From positions 180,001-212,000 of the forward strand of contig NZ_CP030918.1 in assembly GCF_003324675.1 (NCBI RefSeq): a stretch of DNA of 32,000 nucleotides, written 5' to 3'. This stretch comes from Paracoccus suum (lineage in GTDB: Bacteria > Pseudomonadota > Alphaproteobacteria > Rhodobacterales > Rhodobacteraceae). A program made the position numbers and the translations under genes. A model generated the notes under the pieces. The model was given only the letters and a program-made list of their open reading frames with translations, was not told the origin of the DNA and ran no database searches. This document shows positions 1 to 8,859 of this stretch, in pieces; the stretch's first letter is position 1, and the number at the start of each line of letters is the position of its first letter.

Positions 1-1
1 C

Positions 2-385
2 GCCCTGCCCTCGCGCACTGATGGCAAACGGGTCGAATTCGGCGTCGTCGCGCGCATCCCCGCGCATCTCGCAGGTGCCGGCCTGGGTCTGACCTCGGAT
101 GGGGGCAGCCTGCATATGCAATCGACGGATCGGGCGCTGCTGGCCAGCCTCGGCCTGGACCAAATGCGGCTCGGCGACATCGTGGCGATCGAAGACACCG
201 ACAGCCGCTACAACCACGGCTATTTGCGCGGCGCCTGCACCATCGGGGTGGTTTGCGCCACCGATGGCCCGCGCGCTGGCTTTGGCCCCGGTATCGCCAT
301 CCTGATGACCGCGCCGGCGGGCGAGATGGGCACGTTTGCCGAGCCGGCAGCGAACCTCGCCGACCTTCTGAAGCTGGAGGCGTGA
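2..385 (+). CDS. 3' part of a CDS that starts upstream of the window; conserved hypothetical protein, possibly DUF4438-like
   Basis: Frame 2 is open from base 2, with no stop before the ATG at 116 listed in the ORF track, so the protein probably continues upstream. The TGA at 383-385 lies 2 nt before the next gene's ATG. Codons are GC3-rich. The family guess (block IGVVCATDGPRAGFGPGIAILMT) is from memory only. Confidence 0.55.
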   Translation, partial: ALPSRTDGKRVEFGVVARIPAHLAGAGLGLTSDGGSLHMQSTDRALLASLGLDQMRLGDIVAIEDTDSRYNHGYLRGACTIGVVCATDGPRAGFGPGIAILMTAPAGEMGTFAEPAANLADLLKLEA

Positions 386-387
386 TC

Positions 388-1470
388 ATGCCCATCGCGA
401 TGACCAATGTGACCCGCGCAAGTCTGGCGCGCTTCATGGCGGAAGGGTTCCGGGCCCTCGGCCTCAGCGCCGGGGACGCCGACATCTTCGCCGACGCGCT
501 GATCTTTTCAGAACTGCGGTTCCACCCCGGGCACGGCCAGGGAGTCCGCCGCCTGCGCCGCTATCAGGAGCGGATTGCCGAGGGGCTGGTAGACCCTGCC
601 GCGCCGTGGGAGATCATCAAGGAAAGCCCGGCGCTTGCCCTGGTCGATGCGCATAACGGTATCGGCACGGTCGCTGCGGCCAAGGCGATGCGACTGGCGG
701 CCGAAAAGGCCAAGACCTGCGGCATCGGCCAAGTGGTGGTCCGCAACTCGACACACTATGGCAGCAGCGCGGTCCATGCCTGCGCCGCCGCAGAGGCCGG
801 CTGCATCGGCATCAGTTTTACCAACGCCGGGCCCGAGATGGCGCCGTGGGGCGCGCGCGAAGGCGCGGTCGGCACCAATCCGTGGGGCATCGCGGCGCCT
901 ACCGGCCTCGGCTTTCCAGCCGTCCTCGACATCGCGCTGACGACTGCCGGTAAGGGGATGATGCAGTGGCACGCGCGCGAGGGGCGGCCCATGCCGCTCG
1001 ACTGGGCGCTGACCCCGGAGGGCGCCGAGACCGACGATCCCAATGCTGCCATGGCCGGCGCCCTGCTGGGGATCGGCACCTACAAGGGCTACGGCCTGGC
1101 CTTCATGACCGACGTGATGACCGGCGTTCTCGGCGGCGGGGGCTATGGCCTGACGCCCTATGCGGATCAAGGCAAGTTGGACGTCAGTCACACTCTGACC
1201 GCCATCGACATCGAATGGTTCATGCCACTGGAGGAGTTTCGCCGCCGGATGGACGACTTCGCCCGGATGGTGAAGTCGCGCGCCCTGCGCCCCGGATTTA
1301 CCGAGATCCTGCTGCCCGGCGAGCAGGAGGCCCGCCGGGTCGAGCGCAAATCGCGGGCGGGCGTGCCCATCGACGATGAGGTGCTAGCCGACCTTCAGGC
1401 GCTGGGTGATGAACTGGGCCTGTCGGCGAAACTCGAACTGGTCGGCCCATACACGGAGGCGGTCCTGTGA
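388..1470 (+). CDS. Ldh_2 family NAD(P)H oxidoreductase (malate/L-lactate/ureidoglycolate/sulfolactate dehydrogenase; pyrroline- or piperideine-2-carboxylate reductase family)
   Basis: ATG 388 is preceded by GGAGG at 376-380. The first 45 codons of the 253..1470 track ORF overlap the upstream gene and are Arg/Pro-rich shadow sequence. Family-like blocks: RNSTHYGSSAVHA, GTNPWGIAAP, TYKGYGLAFMTDVMTG. Confidence 0.85.
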   Translation: MPIAMTNVTRASLARFMAEGFRALGLSAGDADIFADALIFSELRFHPGHGQGVRRLRRYQERIAEGLVDPAAPWEIIKESPALALVDAHNGIGTVAAAKAMRLAAEKAKTCGIGQVVVRNSTHYGSSAVHACAAAEAGCIGISFTNAGPEMAPWGAREGAVGTNPWGIAAPTGLGFPAVLDIALTTAGKGMMQWHAREGRPMPLDWALTPEGAETDDPNAAMAGALLGIGTYKGYGLAFMTDVMTGVLGGGGYGLTPYADQGKLDVSHTLTAIDIEWFMPLEEFRRRMDDFARMVKSRALRPGFTEILLPGEQEARRVERKSRAGVPIDDEVLADLQALGDELGLSAKLELVGPYTEAVL

Positions 1471-2615
1471 CACCCCTGCCTGCCGCCTTCCACGCCATGC
1501 TGCGCGATCGGCTGCGTGCCCGGGCCGAGGCTGCGGGCCTCGACGGGTTGCTGCTGCTGGCGCCGGGCAATGTGGTCTGGGCGACAGGCTGGGCTTTTTC
1601 GGCCAACGAGCGCCCGCTGGGACTATGGCTGCCAGTGGAGGGCGACGCAGTCCTGATGGTGCCCTCGCTGGAGGTTGAGAACGCAGCCGATGTGCCGGGC
1701 GTCGGCCTGCGCAGCTACGACGAATACCCCGGCGAGACGCCCCCGGTCCTATGGATGATCGCCGAAGCGCGGGCGCAGCGGATCGGCGTGGAACGGCTGG
1801 ACGCGCGCCTGCTGGCCCCGGCACAGGACGTGGCGCGGATCGACCTGACCGATCACGCCACGCCCGAGCGCGCGGTCAAGCACCCGGAGGAGCTTGCCCT
1901 GATCCGCGAGGCCGCGCGGTTCGCCGACATGGTCCTCGACCGCCTGCTGACCGCCGGCGGCGACATCGTGGCGCAAGGTGGGACGGAACTGGACCTGATG
2001 GCCGACGCGACCTCGCATGCCGAGGCTGCGCTGATGACTACGCATGGCGCAGCGTTTCAGGGCACGAAGTTGGGGATCACGGCCTCGGTCCATTCGGGCC
2101 CGCGGGCCGCGCTGCCGCACGGGGCGGTCCTGCCGCGTACACCCTCGCCGGGCGAGCCGGTGATCGCCGGCATAGGCTGCGCGGTGGGCGGCTATCACGC
2201 CGAAAGCGGCGCGACCTTTGTCATGGGGCAGCCCTCGCCCGAACATCGCCGCATCATGGCCGCGATGGACAGCGCCAACGCCGCCTGTGCCGAGGCGCTC
2301 TGCCGGGGCCTCGACTGCGCTGGCGTGAATACCGCTGCCCTGGAGCCGATCCGCGCCGCAGGCCTTGGCGAGGCCATCCGACACCGCATCGGCCACGGCA
2401 TGGGCGTCGAGGGCCACGAGGCGCCTTGGCTGGCACCCGGCGATCGGACCCCCGCCGCGCCCGGCATGGTCTTTTCTTGCGAGCCCGGCGTCTACCGCCC
2501 CGGCCACGACGGCTGGCGCAGCATCGAAACCTTCATCATCGCACCCGATGGCGTCGAAATCGCCAGCCGGTTCCAGACCCGCACGCCATCCGACATCCGC
2601 ATCATCCCCGTCTGA
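1467..2615 (+). CDS. M24 family metallopeptidase (Xaa-Pro dipeptidase / creatinase-like)
   Basis: GTG 1467 overlaps the preceding stop (GTGA), with GGAGG at 1455-1459. An alternative ATG lies at 1497. Creatinase/prolidase-type N-domain followed by a pita-bread domain with metal-ligand-like blocks GGYHAESGATF, HRIGHGMGVEGHE and SCEPGVY. Confidence 0.85.
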   Translation: MTPLPAAFHAMLRDRLRARAEAAGLDGLLLLAPGNVVWATGWAFSANERPLGLWLPVEGDAVLMVPSLEVENAADVPGVGLRSYDEYPGETPPVLWMIAEARAQRIGVERLDARLLAPAQDVARIDLTDHATPERAVKHPEELALIREAARFADMVLDRLLTAGGDIVAQGGTELDLMADATSHAEAALMTTHGAAFQGTKLGITASVHSGPRAALPHGAVLPRTPSPGEPVIAGIGCAVGGYHAESGATFVMGQPSPEHRRIMAAMDSANAACAEALCRGLDCAGVNTAALEPIRAAGLGEAIRHRIGHGMGVEGHEAPWLAPGDRTPAAPGMVFSCEPGVYRPGHDGWRSIETFIIAPDGVEIASRFQTRTPSDIRIIPV

Positions 2616-2626
2616 GGAGGACCGAC

Positions 2627-3847
2627 ATGCCCGAACCCGCAGCCTGGCGATACCAGAAGATCACCAAGCCGATGTTCGACCTGCCGCAGGAGGAGGCGAT
2701 CCTCGCCGGCCGCATCCTGCCCATGGCGGGCGAGCCGATCGAGAACGGTTTTGTCCAGATTGCGGACGGGCGCATTGTCGCGGTCGGGCCGCGGACCGAG
2801 ATGCCGGCAGGTGAGGTCACGGAAACCGGCGGCACCATCATGCCCGGCCTGATCAATAGCCACGCCCATCTCAGCTGGGACGGCATCCACGATCTTGCGC
2901 GGCAGTCAATGGACGACCCGGTCCCGATCTCGGTCTTCAAGGCCGCCGGCAACATGCTGAAATCGCTGCGTGCCGGTATAACTCTGGTTCGCGATCTCGG
3001 CTTTCACGGGCTGAATCTCTACTCCAAACAGGCGGTCGAGCAGGGCATCTTTCCCGGCCCGCGGGTCAAGGTCTGCGGCAACGCGATCATCCAGACGGGC
3101 GGCCACACCTACTGGGTTTGCCGCGAGGCAACAGGCGCGGACGAGATGCGCCGCGCAGTGCGCGAGCAGGTCAAGGGCGGCGCAGACCTGATCAAGATCA
3201 TGGCCTGCCACGACACGCTGGAGTTCACCGACGAAGAACTGGCGGCCGTCATCGACGAAGCGCACCGCAACAAGCTGCCGGTGACGGCGCATGCGACCTA
3301 TGATGCCTGCATCGCCCGCGTGGCCGAGTTCGGCGTCGATTGCATCGAGCATGGCGGGTCAATGTCGGAGGAGACGATCCAGCTGCTGCTGGCGAAGAAG
3401 CTGCCTATCGTCACCACCTTCGCGCCCCTGGTCCAGCAGAGCCAGCCCGAGATTGCTCGCAAGTTCGGTATCCCCGACTGGAAGATCGAAGAGCGTCAGA
3501 AAGCCATCGCCGATCCCAAGCGGTATGCCGGGCTCAAGCGCGCAGCCGAGGCAGGGGTGCCCATCGTCTTTGGCACCGACGCCGGCTCGCCTGCCGTCGA
3601 ACATGACGTCGTAGCACCGGAACTCGCTTTCATGGTCAGCGTCGGCGTCTGCCGCGACAACCTCGATGCGCTCGCCTCGATCACTTCGCGCGCTGCCCGC
3701 ATCGTGAGCATGGAGGACGAGATCGGCACGCTGGAGGCCGGCAAGGCCGCCGACCTGATCGTGGTCGATGGTAACCCCGCCGAAGATCTGTTCGCGCTGG
3801 AGCGCGTGCGCCGAACCTATGTCGCCGGGCGGAGGATGCACGGATGA
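2627..3847 (+). CDS. Amidohydrolase superfamily protein, COG1228-type (imidazolonepropionase / prolidase-like dipeptidase group)
   Basis: ATG 2627 with GAGGAGG at 2614-2620. The 698-aa track ORF (1751..3847) is this gene plus an upstream shadow running through the M24 gene. HxH metal motif (PGLINSHAHL), then IKIMA, VTAHA, IEHG, FGTDAG. Confidence 0.85.
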   Translation: MPEPAAWRYQKITKPMFDLPQEEAILAGRILPMAGEPIENGFVQIADGRIVAVGPRTEMPAGEVTETGGTIMPGLINSHAHLSWDGIHDLARQSMDDPVPISVFKAAGNMLKSLRAGITLVRDLGFHGLNLYSKQAVEQGIFPGPRVKVCGNAIIQTGGHTYWVCREATGADEMRRAVREQVKGGADLIKIMACHDTLEFTDEELAAVIDEAHRNKLPVTAHATYDACIARVAEFGVDCIEHGGSMSEETIQLLLAKKLPIVTTFAPLVQQSQPEIARKFGIPDWKIEERQKAIADPKRYAGLKRAAEAGVPIVFGTDAGSPAVEHDVVAPELAFMVSVGVCRDNLDALASITSRAARIVSMEDEIGTLEAGKAADLIVVDGNPAEDLFALERVRRTYVAGRRMHG

Positions 3848-5022
3848 GCCGCCTGCTGGACGGCCTCGCCCCCCGCATCGTCGAGGAGGACGGCAGCTTT
3901 CGCACAAAGATGCTGGGTATCGCGGCCGGGATGACCGATGTCATCGCCATGGGAAGGGGCGATCCCGATTTTCACACGCCGGCGCATATCGCCGAGGCTG
4001 CAAAGGCCGCGATCGACGCGAACGAGCATCACTATACGGGTCCGACCGGCCTTCCCGCGCTCCGCAAGGCCATCGCGGCCGACCTGGCGGCACAATACGG
4101 GCTCGACTACGACGCTGACGAGATCGTGGTGACCGCGGGCGTGCAGGAATCCATCATGCTGCTGATGCTGGCGCTCGTGCGGCAGGGCGACGAGGTGCTG
4201 ATCACGTCGCCACGCTTCACCACCTATGACACTGCCGTTCACCTCTGCGGCGGGGTGCCGGTGCCGGTGCCGACGTACGAGAAGGACGACTTCGCCCTCG
4301 ACCCGGACGAGATCGAAGCCCGCATCACGCCGCGCACGCGGATGTTCGTACTGGTCACCCCCAACAACCCGACCGGCGCCGTGACGCCGCCCGACGCGAT
4401 CCGCCGCATCGCGGAGATCGCGATCCGGCATGACATCCTGATCGTCGCGGACGAGATTTATGCACGCATGATCTATGCCCCGAACGAGCATCTCTCGATA
4501 GCGACGCTGCCCGGCATGCGGGAGCGGACGATCACGCTCAACGGTTTCTCCAAGACCTACGCGATGACCGGATGGCGCGTCGGCTATGTCGCTGCGCCTG
4601 CCGACTTCCTGGAGCGGCTGGTCGAGACCCGCCACACGCTGTCGATCAACACCTGCACCATCAGCCAGCACGCCGCGCTCGCGGCCCTGACCGGCCCGCA
4701 GGAGCCGATCGAGGCGATGTTGGCTGAGTACCGCGAGCGCCGCGACTGGCTGATGACCGCGCTGACCGAGGCCGGTTTCACCTATGGCCACCCGGGCGGG
4801 GCTTTCTACTTCTACGTCAACATCGCAGGCACAGGGATGGAAGCCCCGCAGTTCTGCGAGGCGCTGCTGCGCGAGACCGGCGTGATGGTCTTCCCCGGCA
4901 CGATGTTCGGCGACGACAGCCGCGATTATATCCGCGTCGGCTACGTCCAGCCGCTGCCCGTCATTCAGGAGGCGATGGGGCGCATTCAGCGCTTCGTCGC
5001 CGAGCGAAAGGACGCCGCATGA
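3844..5022 (+). CDS. PLP-dependent aminotransferase, class I/II (aspartate/aromatic aminotransferase-like)
   Basis: ATGA start/stop overlap at 3844-3847. Blocks TPNNPTG and the PLP-lysine block NGFSKTYAMTGWRVGY. 392 aa, a typical length. Confidence 0.9.
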   Translation: MSRLLDGLAPRIVEEDGSFRTKMLGIAAGMTDVIAMGRGDPDFHTPAHIAEAAKAAIDANEHHYTGPTGLPALRKAIAADLAAQYGLDYDADEIVVTAGVQESIMLLMLALVRQGDEVLITSPRFTTYDTAVHLCGGVPVPVPTYEKDDFALDPDEIEARITPRTRMFVLVTPNNPTGAVTPPDAIRRIAEIAIRHDILIVADEIYARMIYAPNEHLSIATLPGMRERTITLNGFSKTYAMTGWRVGYVAAPADFLERLVETRHTLSINTCTISQHAALAALTGPQEPIEAMLAEYRERRDWLMTALTEAGFTYGHPGGAFYFYVNIAGTGMEAPQFCEALLRETGVMVFPGTMFGDDSRDYIRVGYVQPLPVIQEAMGRIQRFVAERKDAA

Positions 5023-6467
5023 CCGACATGCACAATACCGAAGGCTCGCGGCCCGATCCGGCGAAAAAATTCGTCGGCGTGCAGATCAGTCCGATCAGCT
5101 TTGTCGACGAAGGTGTCGACGCGGTCTTGGACACCCTGCAGGACCGGGTTGGGGCCAATGTTCTGATGCTGGGCACGGTGTCCTGGCTTGGCCTGAAGTC
5201 TGGCCGCTCGATCAGCCACGAATTGGACGGCTGGCCCGATCACGGCGTGCCCGAGCCCTACCAGATGCGCGGCGGGGCCTACTTTGATCCCGACCCGCGC
5301 TATTACCGCGACACCTTCATGGCCGACTACCGCTCGCGCGACCCTGAATTCACGGGCAAGGACGTGCTGAAGATGGTCATTCCCGCCGCCCATGCGCGCG
5401 GGATGAAGGTTTACGTCGAGTTGATGGAGCCGTTCTTCAAATACGCGGGCCACGGCTCGGCCGCGGCGGTCGAGATCCCGACACTGCCGCAGGCGATGGA
5501 AGTCGACCTCTTTGGCCGTCTGGGCGGCGAGCCCTCGACGTCGAACCCCGGCTATCGGACCTGGATCCATTCGATGATCGAAGACCAGGTGCGCAACCAT
5601 GATCTCGACGGGTTCATGTGGTGCAACGAGCGCAACAGCCCGCTGGACACGCTGATCCAGGGCGGCTGCCCCGGGGATTTTTCGGCCCCTGCGCGCGCCG
5701 AAGCCGAAAGCCGGGGCGTGAATGTCGAGGCCTGCCGGCAGGCGCTGTTGCGCCTCTATGATTTCTGCCAGGAAGCGGCGGCCGGCAAGTCCTTTGCCGA
5801 TGGCAACCTGATTGCCTTCCTGCGCGTGCTTCTGGAAAACCCCGAGGCGCTGATCTGGGAAAAGTTCTGGCTTGAGCGCAACAAGGATCTGGACCGCGAA
5901 TTGTACGGCCTGGTGAAATGGTGCAAGCCGACGCTGCCGTTCGGGCTGAACATCTGGAATCGTAACCATTTCAATATTTTGCGCCGCGCGCAGTGGCCTT
6001 GGGCTGAACAAACGCGCTATGCCGATTTCGTCAAACCGATCACCTATCAGCATCAGGCGGGCGAAGTCTGGGCGAAAGAACTGGGTTTCTTCCGCAAGAC
6101 CGTCCTGCGCGACTTTGCCCCGGCAGAGGCGCAGGCGGCGCTGTTCCACATCCTCGGGTTCGACGAGGCGCCGTGGGACGCCATTGTCAGCGCCGGCATG
6201 GACCCCGATACCTATGTCTATGGCCAATGCGCCGACGCGCTGCGCGGGGTCGAGGGCAAGGCGGACGTGTATATGGGCATTGGCGTCGACGCGCCCCGCT
6301 CGCGCCCTGACACGGCGAAGATGACCGCCGACATCGCCTATCGCTCGGTCATGGCGACTTATCGGGCGGGCGGACACGGCGTTGTACTGTCGCCGAACTA
6401 CAGTTCGATGCGGCTGACCCATCTTGACGGGGTAGCGCGGGCCCTGACCGAATTGGGGCTGAAATGA
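5019..6467 (+). CDS. Hypothetical cytoplasmic protein, 482 aa; possibly a glycoside-hydrolase-like TIM-barrel fold (weak, by eye)
   Basis: ATGA overlaps at both ends (5019-5022 and 6464-6467) place it inside the operon. The composition is balanced (K, F, Y, W, N all present), unlike the Arg-rich mirror ORF 4986..6422 on the - strand. No signal peptide or TM segment. Blocks AAHARGMKVYVELME and NPGYRTWIHSMIEDQVRNHDLDGFMWCNERNSP resemble GHL-type hypothetical glycosidase families. Confidence 0.75.
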   Translation: MTDMHNTEGSRPDPAKKFVGVQISPISFVDEGVDAVLDTLQDRVGANVLMLGTVSWLGLKSGRSISHELDGWPDHGVPEPYQMRGGAYFDPDPRYYRDTFMADYRSRDPEFTGKDVLKMVIPAAHARGMKVYVELMEPFFKYAGHGSAAAVEIPTLPQAMEVDLFGRLGGEPSTSNPGYRTWIHSMIEDQVRNHDLDGFMWCNERNSPLDTLIQGGCPGDFSAPARAEAESRGVNVEACRQALLRLYDFCQEAAAGKSFADGNLIAFLRVLLENPEALIWEKFWLERNKDLDRELYGLVKWCKPTLPFGLNIWNRNHFNILRRAQWPWAEQTRYADFVKPITYQHQAGEVWAKELGFFRKTVLRDFAPAEAQAALFHILGFDEAPWDAIVSAGMDPDTYVYGQCADALRGVEGKADVYMGIGVDAPRSRPDTAKMTADIAYRSVMATYRAGGHGVVLSPNYSSMRLTHLDGVARALTELGLK

Positions 6468-7855
6468 GCGTTGATCTGGCCATCAACGGCGGCACGGTGC
6501 TGACGCCAGAAGGGCTGCGGCCTGTCACCGTACTTGTGCGGGATGGCCGCGTCGCAGGTCTGGCCGGGCCGGAAGAGGCGGTGCCGGCCGCCGAGGTGAT
6601 CGATGCCGCCGGGCTGCATGTCCTGCCCGGCGTCATCGACATTCATTGCCATATCCGCTCGCCCGCCTACCCCCAGCGCGGCAGCGTCGCCAGCGAGACC
6701 GCGGCGGCCGCCGCGGGCGGCATAACGACAGTGTTCGAAATGCCGATCACCGACCCCTGCTGCAACAGCCCGGAGCGGCTGCGGCTGCGGCGCGATCATT
6801 TCGCCCCGAGCGCGCATGTGGATTTCGCGCTCTATGCCGCCCCGGCGACCCTGACCGAGGCCGCCTTCGAGGCCTTGGCCGAGGCCGGCGCGATCGGGTT
6901 GAAAATCTTTACCACTCCCGCACCTCCCGGTCGCGAGGCGGAGTTCGCGGGGCTGTCATGGCCCGACGCCGCCGACCAGCTGCGCGTGCTGCAACTGGCC
7001 GCGCGCGTGGGCCTACCTGTGGTCGTCCATGCCGAACATCCGGAGTTGCTGGCCCGGGCCGCAGCGAATGCCGCATCACTGGACGCCGCGCGGGCCACTA
7101 CACATGAGGCCGGCCGCCCAGCTCTGGCCGAAGTTCTCGCGCTGGCGCAGCTTCTGACGCTGAACATCGCCGCCGGCGCGCGGCTTCACATCGCGCATGT
7201 GACCTCGGCCGCGGCGGTCGACATGCTGCGCCGCTTTGCCGGCAGTTCCGATTTTTCGGCCGAGACCTGTCCGCACTACCTGCTCCACACGATCGAGGAC
7301 ATCGAACGGATCGGCGTCTGCGCCAAGATCAACCCGCCGGTGCGCACTGCCGCCGACCGCGAGGCGCTTTGGGCGGCGGTAGCGGACGGAACGCTCGGCC
7401 ATGTGGCTTCCGACCATGCCGCCTTCGCGCCGGCGGAAAAGGGCGCGGTGGAGGGTAACTTCCTCACCGCGCCACCCGGCCACCCCGGCCTCGATACGAT
7501 GCTGCCGTCGATGCTGGACGCAGTCGCGGGCGGCCGCATGGACCTCGCCAGCATGATGGACCGCCTGTCGGGCGCGGGCGCGCGCCGCTTTGGCCTCGCG
7601 GACAAGGGCAAGATCGCCGTCGGCGCTGCCGCCGATCTGATCCTCGCCGACCTCGGGGCCGAGACACACGTCACGGAGGCAGGCCTCCAGACAGCCGCTC
7701 GCGCTATCGCCCGGCTGTCGCATGGCGCGCGCCTACGCGGGCGGCTCACGCGCACGCTGGTCGCGGGACGCTCTGCCTGGGACGGCGCGCATACCGGCCC
7801 GGCGGGCACTGGACGCTTCGTTTCCCCCCGCACCCTGCACGGAGGTTCGCAATGA
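6464..7855 (+). CDS. Cyclic amidohydrolase (dihydroorotase / allantoinase / hydantoinase-like)
   Basis: ATGA overlap at the start. Blocks [13 protein letters not shown] (HxH), [19 protein letters not shown] (candidate carboxylated Lys), [15 protein letters not shown]. Confidence 0.85.
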   Translation: MSVDLAINGGTVLTPEGLRPVTVLVRDGRVAGLAGPEEAVPAAEVIDAAGLHVLPGVIDIHCHIRSPAYPQRGSVASETAAAAAGGITTVFEMPITDPCCNSPERLRLRRDHFAPSAHVDFALYAAPATLTEAAFEALAEAGAIGLKIFTTPAPPGREAEFAGLSWPDAADQLRVLQLAARVGLPVVVHAEHPELLARAAANAASLDAARATTHEAGRPALAEVLALAQLLTLNIAAGARLHIAHVTSAAAVDMLRRFAGSSDFSAETCPHYLLHTIEDIERIGVCAKINPPVRTAADREALWAAVADGTLGHVASDHAAFAPAEKGAVEGNFLTAPPGHPGLDTMLPSMLDAVAGGRMDLASMMDRLSGAGARRFGLADKGKIAVGAAADLILADLGAETHVTEAGLQTAARAIARLSHGARLRGRLTRTLVAGRSAWDGAHTGPAGTGRFVSPRTLHGGSQ

Positions 7856-8859
7856 CCGATACGCATCTGCTGGAGGTCACCGACCTGCAGACCCAGTTCC
7901 AGTTGTCGGGCAACCTGTCGGTCACGGCCGCGGACGGCATCAGCTTTACCGTGAATGCGGGCGAGACCGTCGCCATCGTGGGTGAAAGCGGCTCTGGAAA
8001 ATCGGTGACGTCGCTGTCGATCATCCGCCTGCTGCCCAGCAAGGTGGGACGCATCACGCGGGGTTCGGTCCGCCTGCGCGGACGCGAACTGACCACCCTG
8101 CCCGAGGCCGAGATGCGGGCGGTGCGCGGGCGCGATATCGGAATGATCTTTCAGGAGCCGATGACCAGCCTGAACCCGGTCCACACAATCGGCCGCCAGA
8201 TCGCCGAGGTCGTGATCCGCCATGAGCGACTGTCCGCCCGCGCCGCTCACGAGCGCGCGGTCGAGATGCTGGCGCTGGTCGGTATCCCCGAGCCGCGCCG
8301 CCGCGCCGACAACTATCCGCACGAGATGTCAGGCGGCATGCGCCAGCGAGCCATGATCGCCATGGCACTGGCCTGCCAGCCCGCACTGCTGATCGCGGAC
8401 GAGCCGACCACCGCGCTGGACGTGACGATCCAGGCGCAGATCCTTGAGCTGATGCGCGAGCTGCAGCAGCGCCTTGGCATGGCCATCGTGTTCATCACCC
8501 ATGATCTTGGCGTGGTGGCGGAAATGGCCGACCGGGTGATCGTCATGTATGCCAGCGAAGTCGTCGAAAGTGCGCCGGTGGGCGACCTCTTTTCGCAGCC
8601 ATTGATGCCTTATACCGCGGGACTGATGCGCTCGATCCCGCACCTCGGCGCCTCGCGCGGCAAGCGGCTGGACGCCATCCCCGGACAGGTGCCGGCGATG
8701 ACGCGCCTGCCCAAGGGTTGCCGTTTCTCGACCCGCTGCCCCTTTGTCCAGGATCGTTGCCGCGAAACGCGCCCGCCGCTTGAAGCAGCCGGCCCCGACC
8801 GCAGTGTGCGGTGCATCCGTTGGCGCGAACTGAATCTCGGCGAAAGGCTGACGGCATGA
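7852..8859 (+). CDS. ABC transporter ATP-binding protein, oligopeptide/dipeptide type (DppD/OppD-like)
   Basis: ATGA overlap, GGAGG upstream. Walker A GESGSGKS, signature MSGGMRQR, Walker [13 protein letters not shown], and a C-terminal peptide-transporter extension with CRFSTRCP. Confidence 0.9.
   Translation: MTDTHLLEVTDLQTQFQLSGNLSVTAADGISFTVNAGETVAIVGESGSGKSVTSLSIIRLLPSKVGRITRGSVRLRGRELTTLPEAEMRAVRGRDIGMIFQEPMTSLNPVHTIGRQIAEVVIRHERLSARAAHERAVEMLALVGIPEPRRRADNYPHEMSGGMRQRAMIAMALACQPALLIADEPTTALDVTIQAQILELMRELQQRLGMAIVFITHDLGVVAEMADRVIVMYASEVVESAPVGDLFSQPLMPYTAGLMRSIPHLGASRGKRLDAIPGQVPAMTRLPKGCRFSTRCPFVQDRCRETRPPLEAAGPDRSVRCIRWRELNLGERLTA

Noticed and set aside
1751-2626. The N-terminal 292 codons of the 698-aa track ORF 1751..3847.
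   Set aside because: This part overlaps the M24 peptidase gene out of frame and is Arg/Pro/Gly-rich. A strong SD (GAGGAGG) and an ATG at 2627 mark the real amidohydrolase start.
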